From Antedon mediterranea (taxonomy: Eukaryota; Animalia; Echinodermata): 64,000 bases of DNA. Below are positions 11,401-26,400 of the stretch, piece by piece (the stretch's first letter is position 1; each line of letters starts with the position of its first letter). The translations under genes were made by a program, and so were the position numbers. Below the pieces are notes generated by a model, which was not told the DNA's origin, ran no database searches, and worked only from the letters and a program-made list of their open reading frames with translations. The stretch is taken from contig NC_092676.1 of NCBI RefSeq assembly GCF_964355755.1, positions 13,720,871 to 13,784,870 of the forward strand, read 5' to 3'.

Positions 11401-14400
11401 ATTTCATTTCTTGTTTAATTTATTTTATTTATCTTTATTTATTTTATTTTATTTCTTGTTTTAATCAAATGAATATTGTGATTACCATAAATTTATTTTG
11501 CTGCTCACTGGCAATTGCATGCATTTTAATTAGAACAGGCAAGGTTTACCTATTTAAATATATAACATACCAACACCAGATACCTACCAGAGCAACAAAT
11601 CCTACCACCAGAGAGCAGCCACCTGTTTGAAATGTATTATTAATGGTATATTACAAATTCCAAAGCTTTCGGAAACTGAAAAAATTGAAGTTAAAAGTGA
11701 ATTTCTCGCCGTCGCAATTCCAGAATCGAATGCGTTCGATCATCATAACAGTAACGAAACGAACGCGTTCATCCGTGTCTATTGTGTATTGTATTCAGCG
11801 GTCAACTGTGAGGCGCTACCGATGCATTTATTTGGTCAAATAAATCACTATAACATTTCAAAATAAATAACGCTTTTGTTGCTCAGTCAATGCTCTCACA
11901 GCATTTATTTGGTCAAATAAAATCAGAAATTCTTTTTGTACACTATAACATTTAAAAATGAATAAAACTTAATGCAACTATATGTTCACACAATTTGTCT
12001 TTTTTTTGTAGAAATGTATTCTTTGGTTGATATTTTGTTGGTCCTTTTTTAATGAAACCATAGAATTGGCTACGGTCATTCCAGTAATCCGACACGCCCT
12101 TCTGTCAGTGATGGTATTCTGTTTAATAAATATTCTTCTTTATTATTTTAAGCTGCTCGTATAGCGTTATTGTAAGTCGGAATGGACTCAAATTTGGTGA
12201 ATGTACTAAGGATTGCGAGTAGAATGTGATTTATACATCACATTTTATTTTTTACCCTAATTTTTTGAAACACGCAAATGGCCTAATTCATGCTCTAAAT
12301 TGATAAAAACTTAATTTTTAGCTTTTTAAATTGTTAATGCGCGATTTCACGCGCATAACCCTGCATGTGTTTTTATTTCCTAATATTTCTACCCTTGACC
12401 TGAAGTTTACGTGTAGTGAATTTCATTAATATGTGATAATGAATTATGGAGATATGATTGATAATGTGATTTCACAAAATGGCGTATAAATGACGTCACA
12501 GATGAGTGATCACGCTGAAAAGCTTATTAGGACTAAGTTAAAGTATTTGAAAGAAAGAAATTCTTGTGATCATTGCCATTCAACTTTTTGAGATAATTGA
12601 CACACAAAATCTGTACAGAAAGAAATAAATAATATTGATTTCATACAATAACAATAGGTGATCATTTTATTCTAAATGATCACCTAATTAAAAATGATTG
12701 TGTTAATTGTAATTTTTAGTCAAGAGTTTCATCTCACATTTTCTGTCTACGCTATCTGGAAAAAAATGTACGACATCTTCAAAAAATTGGTACAAAAAAA
12801 TACACCAATCGATTGCGCGATTTCTTTCATTACGGTTATTATGTTTTTATCATGTTTTGTATGGCAAAAACGGTACGATAACATAACAAATAACATACAA
12901 TAAAAGTAAACGTGTAAGTTTATCATACAAAAGGGGTAAAATGGCTTGTTGGTTTCACGATTCTTTATCTTGTCAATCAGGGTGGCTACTTTTAATGTTT
13001 TTCAGTCATTTGCTAATTTTAATATATTGTTAATGCACTTGCTAGAATTTTTCTTCCAATAGAACGGCAAACCATGTGTTTGATTTTTGTACCAATTTTT
13101 TGAAGATGTCTTTGTACATTTTCTCCAGATTGCGTAATTACATGATAATCGAAAATGATAACATTTAGATTGTGTCTGAATAAATACTTTGGGTACAATT
13201 TTAGATGATCAAAAAGACACACGCATTATTAAACAGAATACCATCATTGACAGGCATGTCGGATTTACTGAAATGACCGTACTAGTCAATTCTATGGTTT
13301 AAAAAAAAAAGAAAAAAAAGTGTGTGAACATTGTATAGTTTTATTTATTATTAAATGTTATAGTGTACAGAAAAGAAATTCTGATTTTATTTGACCTAAT
13401 AAATGCTGTGAGAGTAGACTGAGTAACAAATAAGTTATTTATTTTTAAATATATAATTCACAATTACAATATAATTCCCTTGAGTAATAACAACAACTCC
13501 AATATTAATCGTTTCTTTCCATTCTATTATTTAACCTGAAATATCATTTTTTTTATCTTCAATATCATCTTGTTTTAATGATTTAAATTTTTTATGTAAA
13601 GTAGTTTTTAACCAGCCTGTTAGTGGCGAATACAATACACATTAGACATGGATGAACGCGTTCGTTTCGTTACTGTTATGATGATCGAACGCATTCGATT
13701 CTGGAATTGCGATTCGGCAAGAAATTCACTTTTAACTTCAATTTTATCAGTTTCTGAAAGAATTAACCTTTGAAATTTGTAATGATTAATAATCAATTCC
13801 AAACTGGTAGGTATCTGGTGGTGTTTAGTAGGACCCATATAAATACATTTTAAACAGAATCTATTCTGTAATAAGGGCAACCGTCCAGACAGATAAAATA
13901 ATCCTTAAAAAATTAAATGAAAATAACTGAAAAGGAGAACTACTAAATAAAGGATACGAATTTCCTCAGGTATTCCAAAGTCCAAGCAGTTTTTGATATC
14001 AACTATTTCAAGTTTAAGGCCTTCTTGACGAAACAGATCCTCCTATTAAAAAATAAAAAACAAAATTAGTACTCTAATTTGTTAAAGCCCCATTCCCTAC
14101 GTTTTTTAGATCTAATTTAAGATCACAAACTATATTTAATGTAAAAATAATACTATATGGTCCTATTGCGATAACTTTTTTCGTCTTTAAACGGTTAAAA
14201 ATGTGAAAAATAAATCGATTTTAATAATTATAGCGGCCCGCTATAAATCCCAAAATGCATTGCGCGCGGATTGATATTGTTGTTTTTCACCTGTAATTCG
14301 CCCACTTTTCGATCGATCGTGAAGCCAAAACAAATGGAAGACTCCTAACTTTTCAGCGAAAATACCGGGTTTTCCCCAATTTGTATCAACGGAGTCTGGC

Positions 14401-17400
14401 AAAAATAGAAAGACAATTAATGCAGCAACTATACAACGTCAGGCTAGGTATATAGCTAGCGTACGATGTTCGTACGTTACCGATGTTTACCAGCTAGGCC
14501 TACAAAACTAAGCCTAGCTAGGCTAGGCCTGAGATCGTCCACGAGAGGTCGATCGCCGCGAGCTACTTAGGTAGTGCATTGTTTCTCACTTTTTATCATA
14601 ATTTACCATAAAACGTACATTTAAGACAAGGAATGACATGGTTTAATGTTTTTAAAGTGATATATATGTATTATTTTCCAAAAAACGTCCAAAATTGCAG
14701 GGAAGGGGTCTTTAATAGAATTGATTAATTGTACTATAAAATGTTTACATATATTGTTCATAAGAATAAACATGAGATTGGTTGACAAAAAATAAAAACA
14801 TTAAACTGCCATTTTTATTGCTTTTGTCCAGACATAATTAAAACATTGAACTAAATTACAATGTAGGCCAAACAATCCTTCACAAGTCGATGCCTCCCGA
14901 ATTCTTTCTATTTAATACTGTAGTGGTTTTTTAATCATATTGATGCAAATTTTTATTTTGTATTTGTATGAGTAACACTTCGTTCTGGCTGTGATAAAGG
15001 TTTTTGATTATTCTATTTGTTTATTTGTATTTTAATTTTTCTTTTATTTATTTATTTTTTGTCTTTTGTGAGATACACTCACCTTTATTTCCATTTCTCT
15101 ACATTTAAAGAGAAAAACAAAACCAACATTTCTTTGCAACCGAAATTGCTGTTTTTGTTTCTTTTCTTATATGTTTTTTGTTATATAAGTTTCATTCTTA
15201 CAATAATAAAATAAATATGTACATATAAATATACATTGTATTTTATTGAGATACTCACAGCATTGTGATTTTTCAGTAATTCAGATTTTGGATTTGTATA
15301 TTTGCTTCAGAGAATTCCAAATAAACAATACATCAACACCACCTCACAGTTGAATTCAAAATAATGTGAAACCAAAACTTTTGAAAAATAGTATGCACAA
15401 CTAATAGATAATTGAAGGATAATTAAATGTTGATATAGTAAGTAATATCTACTGTATATATGTTAATAATGGTTCTTTAATACAATAGTACTTTAGAAAC
15501 AAAAAAAGTAAACTCAAGATACATTTTCAATGCTACTCAAAGGAATACATAGCTTTATAAATTAGACAATTTAAAATTTTCATCACAACACTAGTATAAA
15601 TTTATGCGAGCATTTCAAAATTTCCAAAAATTGTCCATGTACCATGGTCGGTATGTAGCGTAGATAGACCATTTTTGGACTTTATTTGATTTCTTCACAC
15701 CTTCCATAATAAATTACATCTATTCAATAAAGTCACATCTTTGATTCAACAAACAAAGATTATGCTATTATGACCTGAAGAAAATAGTGCTGAATTCTGT
15801 CTATTTTGTGTAATAGTATATACAGTATACACAGTATATACTGTATACAGTATATACTGTGCTACAGTATAGCATAGGTGAAATTATGGGACCCACCTTT
15901 TATTCTAATTTTTAACATGATACCGTCATCAAGATTACAATTTCGGAAGATAATTGTCTGAGCAACAACATATTAAAGTGTTAAAGAAATTTGGATACAG
16001 TATGTAGAATCATGATGCATGTTCTTTTAAATGTGATGAACTGTGACGCAAAAGATGAAAATCCGACTTTTTTACTTCAACTATAGCCATATGATGATGT
16101 CTCGGCAACCGATAGGCTAAATTTTTACATAAATTTCTAACTACAATTCAACATGAATATCACTTTCAACTTGGAGGAGCTATAAGCCATGGAAAAATAC
16201 TGTAATGATGAAATTAAGTAATAATACAAGTTAATATTCAAATTTTTGGACATTATGACGTCATCAAAATATTTGTAACTTATACAAAAGATAATTCATT
16301 GAGCAAAAAATAGACATGATTGACAATATTTTGTAACTTTTTAATTGTTTATTTCAAAGTGTTTGTTTGTGTTTGTTAAAGTGGAAATGGTCTCATTTAA
16401 AAAAAAATTACTAACAAAGGCTGGAAAAAAATATTCCAAGAGAGAAAAATATTTTTCACACTCTGGGTGCACTGTACGCATAATAAAGTTTGCGTGTGGG
16501 AATTTTTGACATGCGCGATATTGTTGTATGTGGTGGAATGGAGGGGTTTTTTAATGAAAAAAAAGAGAGACAATGGAAAAAGATAAAAGAGAGAGAAGGA
16601 GTGCTATGTTGAGCAAGGAAAGGGTAGGAGAAAATTTATATGGGAAACTAAGGAGTACAGGAGCTGCAGCCTGAAGGAATTAGAGTAAAAGAAATAGTGA
16701 GTTGGAAATATTAGTATAAGGATGAACTTGAAAATATGGATTCTTGCAAGGTTGCATAACATTATCGAGAAATATTTTAACTTTTATCTTTCCTAATTTA
16801 TTTATATGTATATAAGTTTCGGAGACGGGAGAATACAAGAAGTAACAATATTGTGGACTTTGATTACATACTCATTAATTTATTATTCTAGGGTATGTAA
16901 ATGTACTTCTTGGGGGTTTTCTGGGCTGTGTTTGATAATACGGACTTTACAAAGCAGGACGGTAGGAGAGGACGACGCACATCGTGTGTTCGCTAGAGCG
17001 TTAAAGTCATATACAGTCGACATAGCTGTTTTATTTGTTAGGCACCCTTGCGCAAAGACGACGACTGGCAGTTTCTCTCTCCCTTCTCTCTGTCTCGCGG
17101 CGCGGCCCTTCTAATGGCTTGGTACTGGTTATTAAGCAAATAAGCCTTCCTAGCAGGGGCCTCACATTCAAACGCCGGGCAAAGTGTATTGCTTTTAACA
17201 CAGCCATTTTAACCCAATAAAAATGTTATTTCGTTAAACAATTAAATTAGAAGTTCAAATATTATTTAGAGTTTTGAAAATTCCATGTTTAAGTGTAATT
17301 TGAACTGTATTTTAAGATTATATGTAAATTATTTCTAGTCGTTCTCCGTAAACGGGAAAATGGCAACTTTATCGTCCTCAAAAAGTTAAGACGACAGAAT

Positions 17401-20400
17401 TTCATGCTAAGCTCCGCATAAATTATTCATGAGCACCGTCCTGTGGCTTCCAGTCGTGTTTTGTAAAGTCCCAAATAAGAAAATAAGTAAATATTTTGGA
17501 AGATTGGGGATTTATAGAAATTGGGCTTGTTGGGGGTTGATTATTGCTTGGAAATTGGGTTGGGTTTTTTTTTTGCAGGATTCAGAAAGAAAATTATTAT
17601 TTTGCCAAACGTTATATTAAATTTACTATTATATATAATTGAGAGTTGTGACTATTTTCCTTTTTCACCGATGGTTCAAATAATTTATATGTCCGAATGA
17701 GTTGTAGTTGCGGCTGTATGACAGACAGAAAGAAAGAATAATACAGAAAAAAGGGATAGGCTAAGTGCGGATAACTAAAAAATTGTCAATTAAAACAAGT
17801 TTATTCACCTGTTTCAGGCCTTTTCTGAACAAGTGATCAACGATCATCCAAATCTCTTTTGGAATATCAAATCTTTGAGTGTTATTGCTTTCACTCGATC
17901 CTTGTTCCTAAAATAAGAGAAATATAAGTATTGATTAACAAGAGAAAGACTGTTAAAAACATTTTAGAATCAATATAATTTTCGAATGGAATGATATAAC
18001 TAGATTTTAACTCGTCATTTTAACTCGTCACTTTGAAGAGTTAGTTATCAGCACGACAAACCCCATATGCACATCATATGACCTGAAGAATATATGTTAG
18101 TGCTAAATTCTGTCTATTTTGTGTGATATAGTATATGCAGTATACATGCTTTATACTGTATACATACTACATACAGTGTAGCATGTGAAAATATGGGACT
18201 CACCTTTGATTCTAATTTTTAACATGATGACGTCATCAAAATGAAACACAAAGATAGCAATTTCGGAAGAAAATAATTTGAGCAACAACATATTAAAACT
18301 GTTCAAGAAATTTGGATACGTATATTATAGATGCGACGTGCTCTTTTAAATGTGATGAACTATGACGCAAAAGATGAAAATCTGACTTTTTAAATTCAAC
18401 TGGCCATATGACATCACAACATCCGATTGGCAACATTTTTACATGAATTCGTATCTACAATTCAACAGCTTCCAGAAAACGTTTTAATCATGAGTATCAC
18501 TTTTTATTCGACGAGTTTTAACATATTGAAATTTACTGTAAATATGAAAATAAGTGACGCACGTTGTTCAAATTTTTTGACCTTATGACATGATCAACAT
18601 TAAAATATTTGTAACTCATGGGGAAGATAATTGATTGACAATATTAAAATCTGGGGGTAAATAAAATATGAAAAAGCAAGATGTGCTCTATTAAATGACC
18701 TATGACAAAAGAGACAAAAATACTATATTTTATATTCGGGTGGCCATATGACGTCGTCAAAACAAGAGGTAAATATTCTGCATGAATTCATATCTACAAC
18801 GTATCTGGTCTAAAAAATATAATTCAAGTGAAAAAACAACAATACGTCGTGCGAAATATGGCATGATTCGTATAAAAAGTTCATTAGAAATTAATTTTGC
18901 GCATTTTCAAATTTAAAATGTGCATGGATGCGTAACTTTGTGTACTAAACGCCATTTAACTTTTACTAAGTTAAAAAATAATGTTTTTTTTATCATAAAG
19001 TACATGTAATGATTCACCACTACAATGTTATTTTGTAATTATTAATCAATACAATTAAGCAACTGTCAGTAATAAAGTTTATTTGTATAATTATGTGTTT
19101 AAAGAGCACCCACACTCACAGTAAGAAATTTGAGCTTCAAATGGCGATAAAAAATGGTTTATGTATTTATTGTCAAAAGGATTTAAGTTTATCCCCCAAT
19201 AATTATACTGGGAGACTGAGAGATTAGAATGTTCCATTCATCGCCAAGCAATACGTTTTTAAAAACGTATATTAAATCTATCAAAATAGTATTTTTTAAA
19301 GAATATCGGCTTGTCTTCAACATTATGATGCTGTACTCGAGCTGTTTAACCAATTTTCAGCTATTAAAATCAATTATCGTAGAAGGAGATAGGTAAATGC
19401 GAAGCATCCTCATATTATTGTATGCGGATATTTTTCACCAACAACATCCATTAGACAGTGTATAGCATGATCGGAAAACACCCCTGTTTGGGGCAAATCG
19501 TTGAACCTCAATTCATTTTAATCGTCAATAACTAATTATCTCACTCAACTTAATTAGTAAACAGGGTTACATAAGGTGGTTAAAATCAGTGCCGAACATA
19601 TGAACCAACTATATATACCATCGAGTAAAAATTCTAGAAGTAACGCGATTGACCAAATTTATATATAGATGTTTGGCAAGAGTGGGAAGACCAGAAAAAG
19701 TGTAGCACTGACATGGCCACCTATGAAGGCAAGACAAGAGTGGGAAGACCAGAAAAAGTGCAGCACTGACATGGACACCTATGAAGACAAGAGTGGAAAG
19801 ACCAGAAAAAGAGTAGCACTGACATGGCCACCTATGAAGGCAAGACAAGAGTGGGAAGACCAGATAAAGTGCAGCACTGACATGGGCACCTATGAAGACA
19901 AGAGTGGAAAGACCAGAACAAGGGTGTACTGACATGAGCAGATAAGGAAGTATGGAGGACAGAAGTAATGGGTCCTATTCTGCACAGAGAGATAATGAGA
20001 TATAAAATTAAAGCTAAAAATATACTTACCAATGCAATAACATCTTTTGGATCCATGTCTCTTATTGGGCAATGCATCTTCGTAAGTGCTTCTATAGAAG
20101 CACCAAAGCAGCTTGGGATGTAATTGCCATTTATTGTGATGTGTTAATTGGTTAAGGTTTAACATTTATAATTATTGATTTTAGACTGAATAGTTAAACA
20201 ATTTTACAGTGCAAACAGCACAGAAAGTTATTCTTTACCCAAGCTGTGTAGTTTTATTTCATTTCAAACTAGAAAGGCACTCCGAGAGAGCACACCTTCA
20301 CCTACTGTAAAATTCTCCTACATAAGATTTCTCCAGAAATATATATATATATATTTTGTTGTGTTTGTCTAAAATGCTGTGTGTGATTTAGGCTAATTTC

Positions 20401-23400
20401 ACTACAAGCATGTGTATGCGAGTTTGGTGTAGGTTATGCAAACCAGCCTTTCACCTAACAGTTTCAGTTGACTAACAATAGAAGAGGAACGCCAAAAACA
20501 CTAAAAAGTGGTCAAGAATTGGGACCATGGTTCGGATTGCCTCCAGAATTTAATGGAGTGGTCCTTGACCACATATCTATCTGTATTTTCATTTTGCTAA
20601 TCTATCTAACAAACAGACAAACAGGCACATGTGATCGATTACATACCTCCTTGGCGGAGGTAAATTAGAGAAAAATTACAAAACTATACAAAATACCAAG
20701 GATTGTCAAAGGGACCTTAATCACTTTCACTAACTTTCCTCTAACAGAAATACAAATATAAATACAAACTAGATTTGAACTATGGACGAGTTAGGTTATC
20801 CGCCGCGCAGAAGCCATGTGCACGTCATACACTAGGATATTGTGCACAAAAAAACGATTATGCCATTGTAACCTGAAGAAAATAAATTGTTAGTGTGCTA
20901 TAACATATTTAAATTTACTGAAATGATGAAAATAAGTGACCAAGGTTATTCACCCTTTTGAACATGATGACGTCATAAGATAAAAATATTTTTAATTAGT
21001 TAAACAGTTGATTGACCTAGATAATATCAAAATCTGGGGGGAAATGGAATACGAATAAGTGGAGATGCGCTCTATCAAATGTGATGAGCTATGACGAAAG
21101 AGACAAAAATCTTTTATATTCGGGTGGCCATACGATGACGTCACAATGTTCGGTTAGCCATATTGATGCATGATCCGATATCTGCATCTCATCAACTTCC
21201 AGAATATGTAATACAAATAACTTTCACCATTTAGTTTAGAAACTACGACAGTTTAAAAAAAAGCATAATTTTGACGAATTTTTGAACTTTTTCATAAAAA
21301 AACGCATGAAAATTGTCCATTTCGATGTGCTTGTATGGCATTTTTAACATGCTCAAAAGGACAAGAAACGCGTAGAAAGTTGATTAGAAATTGTTTTTCG
21401 CATTTTCAACATTTGTGTGTGTGTGCGCGTAACTTTCTGTGGAACATTACATTTTTTTTCAATATAAAGTTAGCGCATGATATAAATTTAACTTTTGCTA
21501 TAAAGTTTCAGTTAAAAATGTTATTTGGTTTTCGACCTATGTTAAATACGTGTAATTCATAAAATCGCGCGCAAGTCATGTTGCGCAATTGTAAACGTCA
21601 TGAAAATTTTGCACAACTTCATGTGAATGACGATATGTTGAGAAAGTTACGAAATGTTATGTTTGTAAGTTTTAAAGACACAAAAATTACAGAAAGAAAG
21701 AAGAATAAAAAAAACTAGAATTTAATTCCTCACTTTGACGAATTATAGGTGATCATTTTTATCATTTTAATGAAATTAACATTTTTTAAATATGCACGTA
21801 CGTTAACATACGATCGTAAAAAGCTGATGTACGCCATCCTATGACATGATGCATATACACTTATAGTGCTGAGTTGTACCTATTATGTGTCATATACAAT
21901 ATGCACAGTATATACTGTATATCTATATACAGTGTAGCATAGGTGAAATTACGGGACCCACATCATGTTCAAATTTTTTGGTATGATGGAATTATCAAAA
22001 TAAACTCGAAGATGACAATTTCGAAAGATAATGAATTGAGAAAATAAATATAAGGATTGGAAGAGAATTTGACACGCAGAAGCGCAATGCACGCTCTTTG
22101 AAATTTGTATAACTTCGACTAAAGAAATTTAAAAACAACGTTTTAACTTCAACTGGCCATATAACATCACAACATCCGATAGGCTTAATTTTTATATGAA
22201 TTCAAATCTACATTTCATCAGCTTTCATAATAAGTTATAATCTTCAAGGTCACCTTTAATTCTGAAGAGCTATAAGATATTCAAATGTATGGTGTAGCTG
22301 AAATTACACGACCTAGGTTATTCAAGTTTTTCCGCGTGATGACGTCATCAAAATAAAAATGTTGACAACTCATGAGAAAGATAATTATTTGAGCCAAGCA
22401 CATACTAAAATTTCTGCGAAAATCGGGCTCAAATAACGGAGAGGCGCTCTATTGAATGTGAAAACTTACACAAAAAGAAAAAAATTACTAATTTTTAAAT
22501 TGAAGTGGCCATTTGATGACGTCATACCATTTTGTACGTCTAATGTGTACATGAATATGTATCTACAACCCAATGGCTTCCCGAATAAGTTAAAAAAAAT
22601 TGGGGGTCACCTGCCATTCTGAAGAGTTATATTCATTTTAAAAAGGTCTTATTTTTCACCATTTTCATCACTTTGATGCAATTAATTTGCGCATTTTGTC
22701 ATTTTTAACCTGCTCGTATAGCGTTATTTTAAGTCGGAACTGACTCAAGTTTGGTGAATGTACTAAGGATGGTGAGTAGAATGAGATTTGTTAAAAAAAT
22801 TCATATTTTTTACGCTTTTTAAGTATCGCGCGCGCAAAATTTTTTTTTCCGCAGTAATTTTTTGAAACACGCAAATGGCCTAATTCATGCTCTAAATTGA
22901 TAAAAACTTAATTTTGAGCGTTTTAAATTTTTAACGCGCGATTTCACGCGCATGACCCTACGTGCGCGTGCGTTTCTATTTTCTAATATTTTTACCCTTG
23001 ACCTGAAGTTTACGTGTAGTGAATTTCATTAATATGTGATAATGAATTATGGAGATATGATTGATAATGTGATTTTGCAAAATGGCGTATAAATGACGTC
23101 ACGGATGAGTGATCACGCTGGAAAGCTTATTAGGATTAAGTTATATTATTTGAAAGATATTCTGAAATTTTGGTAATCATTGACATTAAACTTTTTGAGA
23201 TAATTGTTACACAAAATAGTGTACAGAAACAATAAAAAGACTAGACATGAAACTCGTCACTTTGACGAGTTAGTTATCCGCACCACGACAAACGCCACGT
23301 GCACGTCATACGTTGGAATATTGCACACAGAAAAAGATTATGGCATTATGACAAGAACTGAAGAATATGATATGCTGTTAGTGCTGAATTCTGTCAATTT

Positions 23401-26400
23401 TGTGTCATATAGTATATACATGCAAACAGTATAATCTGTATACATATTACATACAGTGTAGAATAGGTGAAATTACGGGACCCGCCATTTATTCCTATTT
23501 TTAACATGGCGACGGTATCAAAATGAAACACTTAGATAGCAATTTCAGAATGAAATTATCTCAGGAACAACATATTAACGTGTAGAAGAAATTTGAATAC
23601 GTAAAATATAGATGCGCACCCTTTTAAATGTGATGAACTATTACGCAAAATATGAAAATACGACTTTTTTTATTCAACTGGCCATATGATGACGTCACAA
23701 TCTGCGATTGGCAAAATGTTTACATGATTTCGTATCTACAATCCAATAGCTTCCAGAAAACATTTTAATCGTGATTATCACATTTTATTCTTACGAGCTA
23801 TAACAGATTAAAATTTACTGTAAAGATGAAATTAATGCCACACGTAATTTAAAATTTTAGGCATGATGACGTTACAAATATTAAAATATTTTTAACTCAT
23901 GCGAAAGGTAGTTGATTGACCTAGACAATATTAAAATCTTGGAGAAAATGGAATACGGATAAGCGTGATGCGCTCCATTGAATGTGATGAGCAATAACGA
24001 AAGAGACAAAAATCCTATATTTTATATTCGTGTGGCCATACGATGACGTCAAAATGTCCTGTTAGCCATATTAATGTATGATTTGATATCTACAACTCAT
24101 CAACTTCCAGAATATGTAATAAAAATAACTTTCACCGTTTAGTTTAGAAACTACGACTGTTTAAAAAAAGGCATAATTTTGACGATTTTTTTAGCTTTTT
24201 GATCAAAAACGCGCGTAAATTTTCCAATTCGACGTGCTCGTATGACGTAATTTAAAGTCACAAATGGTTTTAAAATGGTAAAATTACTCTAGAAGGCTGG
24301 AAAAACATAATTCATGAGAAAAAAAGATGTTTTTCACGGTACGTGGCCACCGCGCGCGTAAAAAAATGCGTGCACGTGGGAATTTTTGACATGCGCGAAA
24401 TGTCATGAGTCGTGTAAAAAGTTGATTAAAAATTAATTTTACGCATTTTGAAACTTTAAATGCGCGTGCGCGCGTAACTTCTTGTAAAACATGCCATTTT
24501 TAATCAATAAAAAGTTTGCACTTGATATGACTTAAATTTTCACAAAGTGTCAAAACTAAATTATGCTTGGTTTTTAGTCTATGAGCAATCATAAAAAATC
24601 ATAAAATCGCGCGTAAGTCACGTTGCGCAACTCTGACGTCATTCAAAAATAGGAGGTGCACAACTTCACGTAAATGCCCATATGTTGACAAAGTTATGAA
24701 ATGTTATGTTTACCCATTTTAGAGATACGCTCTGCACAAAAAGTGAGGGAGAAAGACAGAAGAATAATATAAAATTGAAACAGGACGATTACAAGGAGTT
24801 ATCCGCTACTAAGCGGATAACTAACTAGACATGTAACTCGTCACTTTGACGAGTTTGGTTATCCGCCGCGCAAGTGGTGCAACATTAACATTAAGGGGAT
24901 AGGTTGAGGACAAAAGGAAGTGTTCACGTTGGCATTATGACCTGAACTGAAGAATATGATATGTTGTTATTGCTGAATTTTATTATTTAAATTCATATAT
25001 AGTATACACAGTATAATCTGTATCCATATCACATACAGTGTAGAATAGGTGAAATTACGGGACCCGCTATTTATTGCAATTTTTAACATGTTGACGGTTT
25101 TAAAATGAAACGCGAAGGTAGCAATTCCGAAAGGAAATTATCTCAGCAACAACGTATTAGCGTGTAGAAGAAATTTGAATACATGAAATATTGATGCGCG
25201 CTCTTTTAAATGTAATGAATTATGACGCAAAAGATGAAAATACGACCTTTTTTATTTAACTGGCCATATGATGACGTCACAACATCCGATTGGCATCATT
25301 TTTTCATAATTTCGTATCTACAATCCAATAGCTTCCAGAAAAAGTTTTAATCGTGATTATCACATTTTATTCTTACGAGCTATAACAGATTAAGATTTAC
25401 TGTAAAGATGAAATTAATGCCACACGTGATTTAAATTTTTAGGCATGATGACGTCAAAAAATTAAAATATTTTCAACTCATGCGAAAGATAGTTGATTGA
25501 CCTAGACAATATCAAAATCGGGGTGAAAATGGAAAACGGATAAGTTGAGATGCGCTCTATTCAATGTGATGAGCTATGACGAAAGATACAAAAATCCTAA
25601 ATTTTATATTCGCGTGGCCAGACGATGATGTCACAATGTCCAGTTAGCCATATTAATACCTGATCCGATATCTACAACTCATCTACTTCCAGAATATGCC
25701 ATCCACAAAAAGTTGACCGTCTAGTTTAGAAATTACGACTGTTTAAAAAAAGGCATATTTTAAACGAATTTTTTAACCTTTTCATAAAAAACGCGCGCAA
25801 ATTGTCCAATTCGACGTGCTCGTATGAGGTATCTTTTAGTCGAAATTGTTAAAAATTTGGTAAAATTACTAGAAAAGGCTGGAAAAATATAAATCACGCG
25901 AAAAAAATACGTTTTCAATGCTACGTGCGTACCGCACACGTAAAAATCTGCGCACGCGTGGGAATTTTTGACATGCTTAAAACAACATGGAACGCGTAGA
26001 AAGTTGATTTTAAATTAATTTTGCGCATTTTGAAATTTTAAATGCGCGTGCGCGCGTAACTTTGTGTAAAACACGCAATTTTTTTTCAACAGAAAGTTAG
26101 CGCATGATATAAATTAAACTTTTGCAAAGTTTCAAGTTGAAATGTTATTTGGTTGTCGAGCTATGTTAAATACGACAAAATCGTTAAATCGCGTGTAAGT
26201 CACGTTGCGCAATTGTAAACCTCATGAAAAGCTTCGCTGCACATCTTCATGTGCATGACGATATGTTGAGAAAGTTACAAAATGTTATGTTTGCAAGTTT
26301 TAGAGAAAAGCGTTCCACAAAAATCATACAGAAAGAAAGAAGAACTAGATTTGAACTCGTCACTTTGACGAGTTCGGGTTATCCGCGCAAACGTAACATG

